Assembly (NCBI RefSeq): GCF_009914755.1
Contig: NC_060941.1
Reading direction: 5' to 3' (one strand)
Source: the human T2T-CHM13v2.0 reference genome, Homo sapiens
DNA length: 64,000 nt
Shown here: in pieces, positions 63,886-64,000 of the stretch
How positions within the stretch are numbered: the first letter of the stretch is position 1
How the letters are laid out: the number at the start of each line of letters is the position of its first letter
The notes under the pieces: generated by a model
What the model was told of the DNA's origin: nothing
The model's input: the letters and a program-made list of their open reading frames with translations, nothing else
Databases searched by the model: none
Program-made: the position numbers and the translations under genes

Positions 63886-64000
63886 CGGAGCTGCGCCCCC
63901 ACCGGCTCCGAGGGTGTAGCCGCCAGCGCCTGGGACGCCCCCTCCCCGCAAAGTGTCCCCGAATTGCACTCTCTGGTCCCGGAGCTGCATCTGAGACAGC

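Larger units (their letters stand above)
61960..64000. promoter_or_regulatory. CpG island / bidirectional promoter (C17orf102 <- -> TMEM132E)
   Basis: Abrupt rise in GC and CpG density relative to the CpG-depleted upstream 61 kb. E-boxes CACGTG at 62400-62405, 62477-62482 and 63812-63817; GC boxes near 62575. Confidence 0.93.
62600..64000 (+). other. TMEM132E: Probable TMEM132E exon 1 5' leader; the start codon is not in the window
   Basis: Inferred from the known head-to-head arrangement with C17orf102. GC-rich leader with a (GGC)n tract at ~62647-62668. TSS position approximate; no TMEM132E coding sequence is visible. Confidence 0.6.

Overview
This is primate, almost certainly human, genomic DNA: about 61 kb of repeat-rich intergenic sequence followed by a CpG island (~61,960-64,000). 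On the minus strand, a two-exon ORF (62307-61898 joined to 60647-60554, 167 aa) reproduces the protein I recall as C17orf102/TMEM132E-DT. That places the window at chr17q12, with the long GC-rich 5' leader of TMEM132E starting near 62,600 on the plus strand and its CDS just beyond the window. This locus assignment is from memory, not from a search. The rest is a transposon fossil record: a full-length decayed Tigger3/Golem, MER85, MER20, MER58A, MER5A, MER91, MER94, MER102, MER103C, MSTB/MLT LTRs, L1M, L2, MIR, Alu and simple repeats. I found no convincing new multi-gene system. The most interesting unexplained structures are: (1) a ~97%-identical inverted copy of an internal Tigger3 segment ending in a perfect 14-bp fold-back hairpin; (2) a second local inverted duplication at 4.6/5.7 kb; (3) a 30-bp hairpin-containing element duplicated on both sides of the bidirectional promoter; (4) an orphan ORF whose last exon is read antisense from an L2; and (5) candidate CSB-PGBD3 (MER85), REST and CTCF sites upstream of a neuronal/deafness gene. 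Repeat family calls are by eye and their boundaries are approximate unless TSDs or TIRs are quoted.
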